Assembly (NCBI GenBank): GCA_964199315.1
Contig: OZ116711.1
Coordinates: 17,856,001 to 17,920,000, forward strand
DNA: 64,000 nt
Reading direction: 5' to 3'
Source: Orbicella franksi
Lineage: Eukaryota
Part shown: piece by piece, positions 63,650-64,000 of the stretch
How positions within the stretch are numbered: the first letter of the stretch is position 1
Layout: each line of letters opens with the position of its first letter
The notes under the pieces: model-generated
Seen by the model: the letters and a program-made list of their open reading frames with translations, nothing else
The model's database searches: none
What the model was told of the DNA's origin: nothing
Made by a program: the position numbers and the translations under genes

Positions 63650-63913
63650 CTAATTGGCTATAACCACCCAGTACACAAGATTAAACAACATAAACGCTGA
63701 AGGAAACAGAATTCTGCAAAAATTGTTTATCACCATTCCCAAGTTTTCCTTTGTGACTTGTACTGGTAGCCCGCAAAGCTTCTTGGGAAAGCGCGGCTTC
63801 AGGATACTTCTTTTTTTGAGACCGGACACGCTACGAACTATGGGATACACGGCTCCCTGGGAATCTGCCACGTAGTAGGAAACGCGGCTACGAATCTCCG
63901 GCTCTTCGGGTAA
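63650..63913 (-). CDS. Last exon (end of the M3-M4 loop plus TM4) of a Cys-loop ligand-gated ion channel subunit, GABA-A/glycine-receptor-like
   Basis: Acceptor atttttag| at 63915-63914, phase 0, 88 codons ending INNFCRILFPSAFMLFNLVYWVVIAN*, which fits the TM4 signature. The rest of the gene lies beyond the window. Confidence 0.8.
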   Translation of the reverse strand, partial: LPEEPEIRSRVSYYVADSQGAVYPIVRSVSGLKKRSILKPRFPKKLCGLPVQVTKENLGMVINNFCRILFPSAFMLFNLVYWVVIAN

Positions 63914-64000
63914 CTAAAAATATGAGAATAACATACAGTTACAGTAACATTAAATTCCACTAATCCCAGGTTAGGCTTGCCCACAAGGCGAGCCCTGAAA

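Overview
Intron-rich, repeat-dense eukaryotic DNA. The repeat families and gene content suggest a cnidarian (stony-coral-like) genome; this is inference, not a database result. Host genes reconstructed by hand with phase-consistent splice sites: a complete 16-exon HAUS3 (+, 49535-60981, 616 aa) containing a U12-type intron; a 5-exon four-transmembrane MS4A/CD20-like gene (-, 41093-46375, 197 aa); the last exon of a Cys-loop ion-channel subunit (-, 63650-63913); and three class I SAM-methyltransferase paralogs (one intact exon, two pseudogenes, one of which is a chimera of the other two types). The most notable locus is about 26.8-34.2 kb. It holds a decayed, spliced RAG1/Transib/Chapaev-type DDE transposase (-) with an upstream Cys-rich zinc-finger/F-box-like ORF, and facing it tail-to-tail a 3-exon 67-aa charged micro-gene that the ORF track misses. 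No terminal repeats were confidently found for that locus. Other mobile DNA: two tyrosine-recombinase (DIRS/Ngaro) retroelement relics, Academ-type elements with 9-bp TSDs (one with a RecQ fragment), a CACTA-like element, a Harbinger-like MITE found in opposite orientations at the same base of two SINE copies, TTAA MITEs, a Helentron-like array, a LINE RT fragment and a Penelope-type minimal hammerhead remnant. All family assignments come from motif recognition, not searches.
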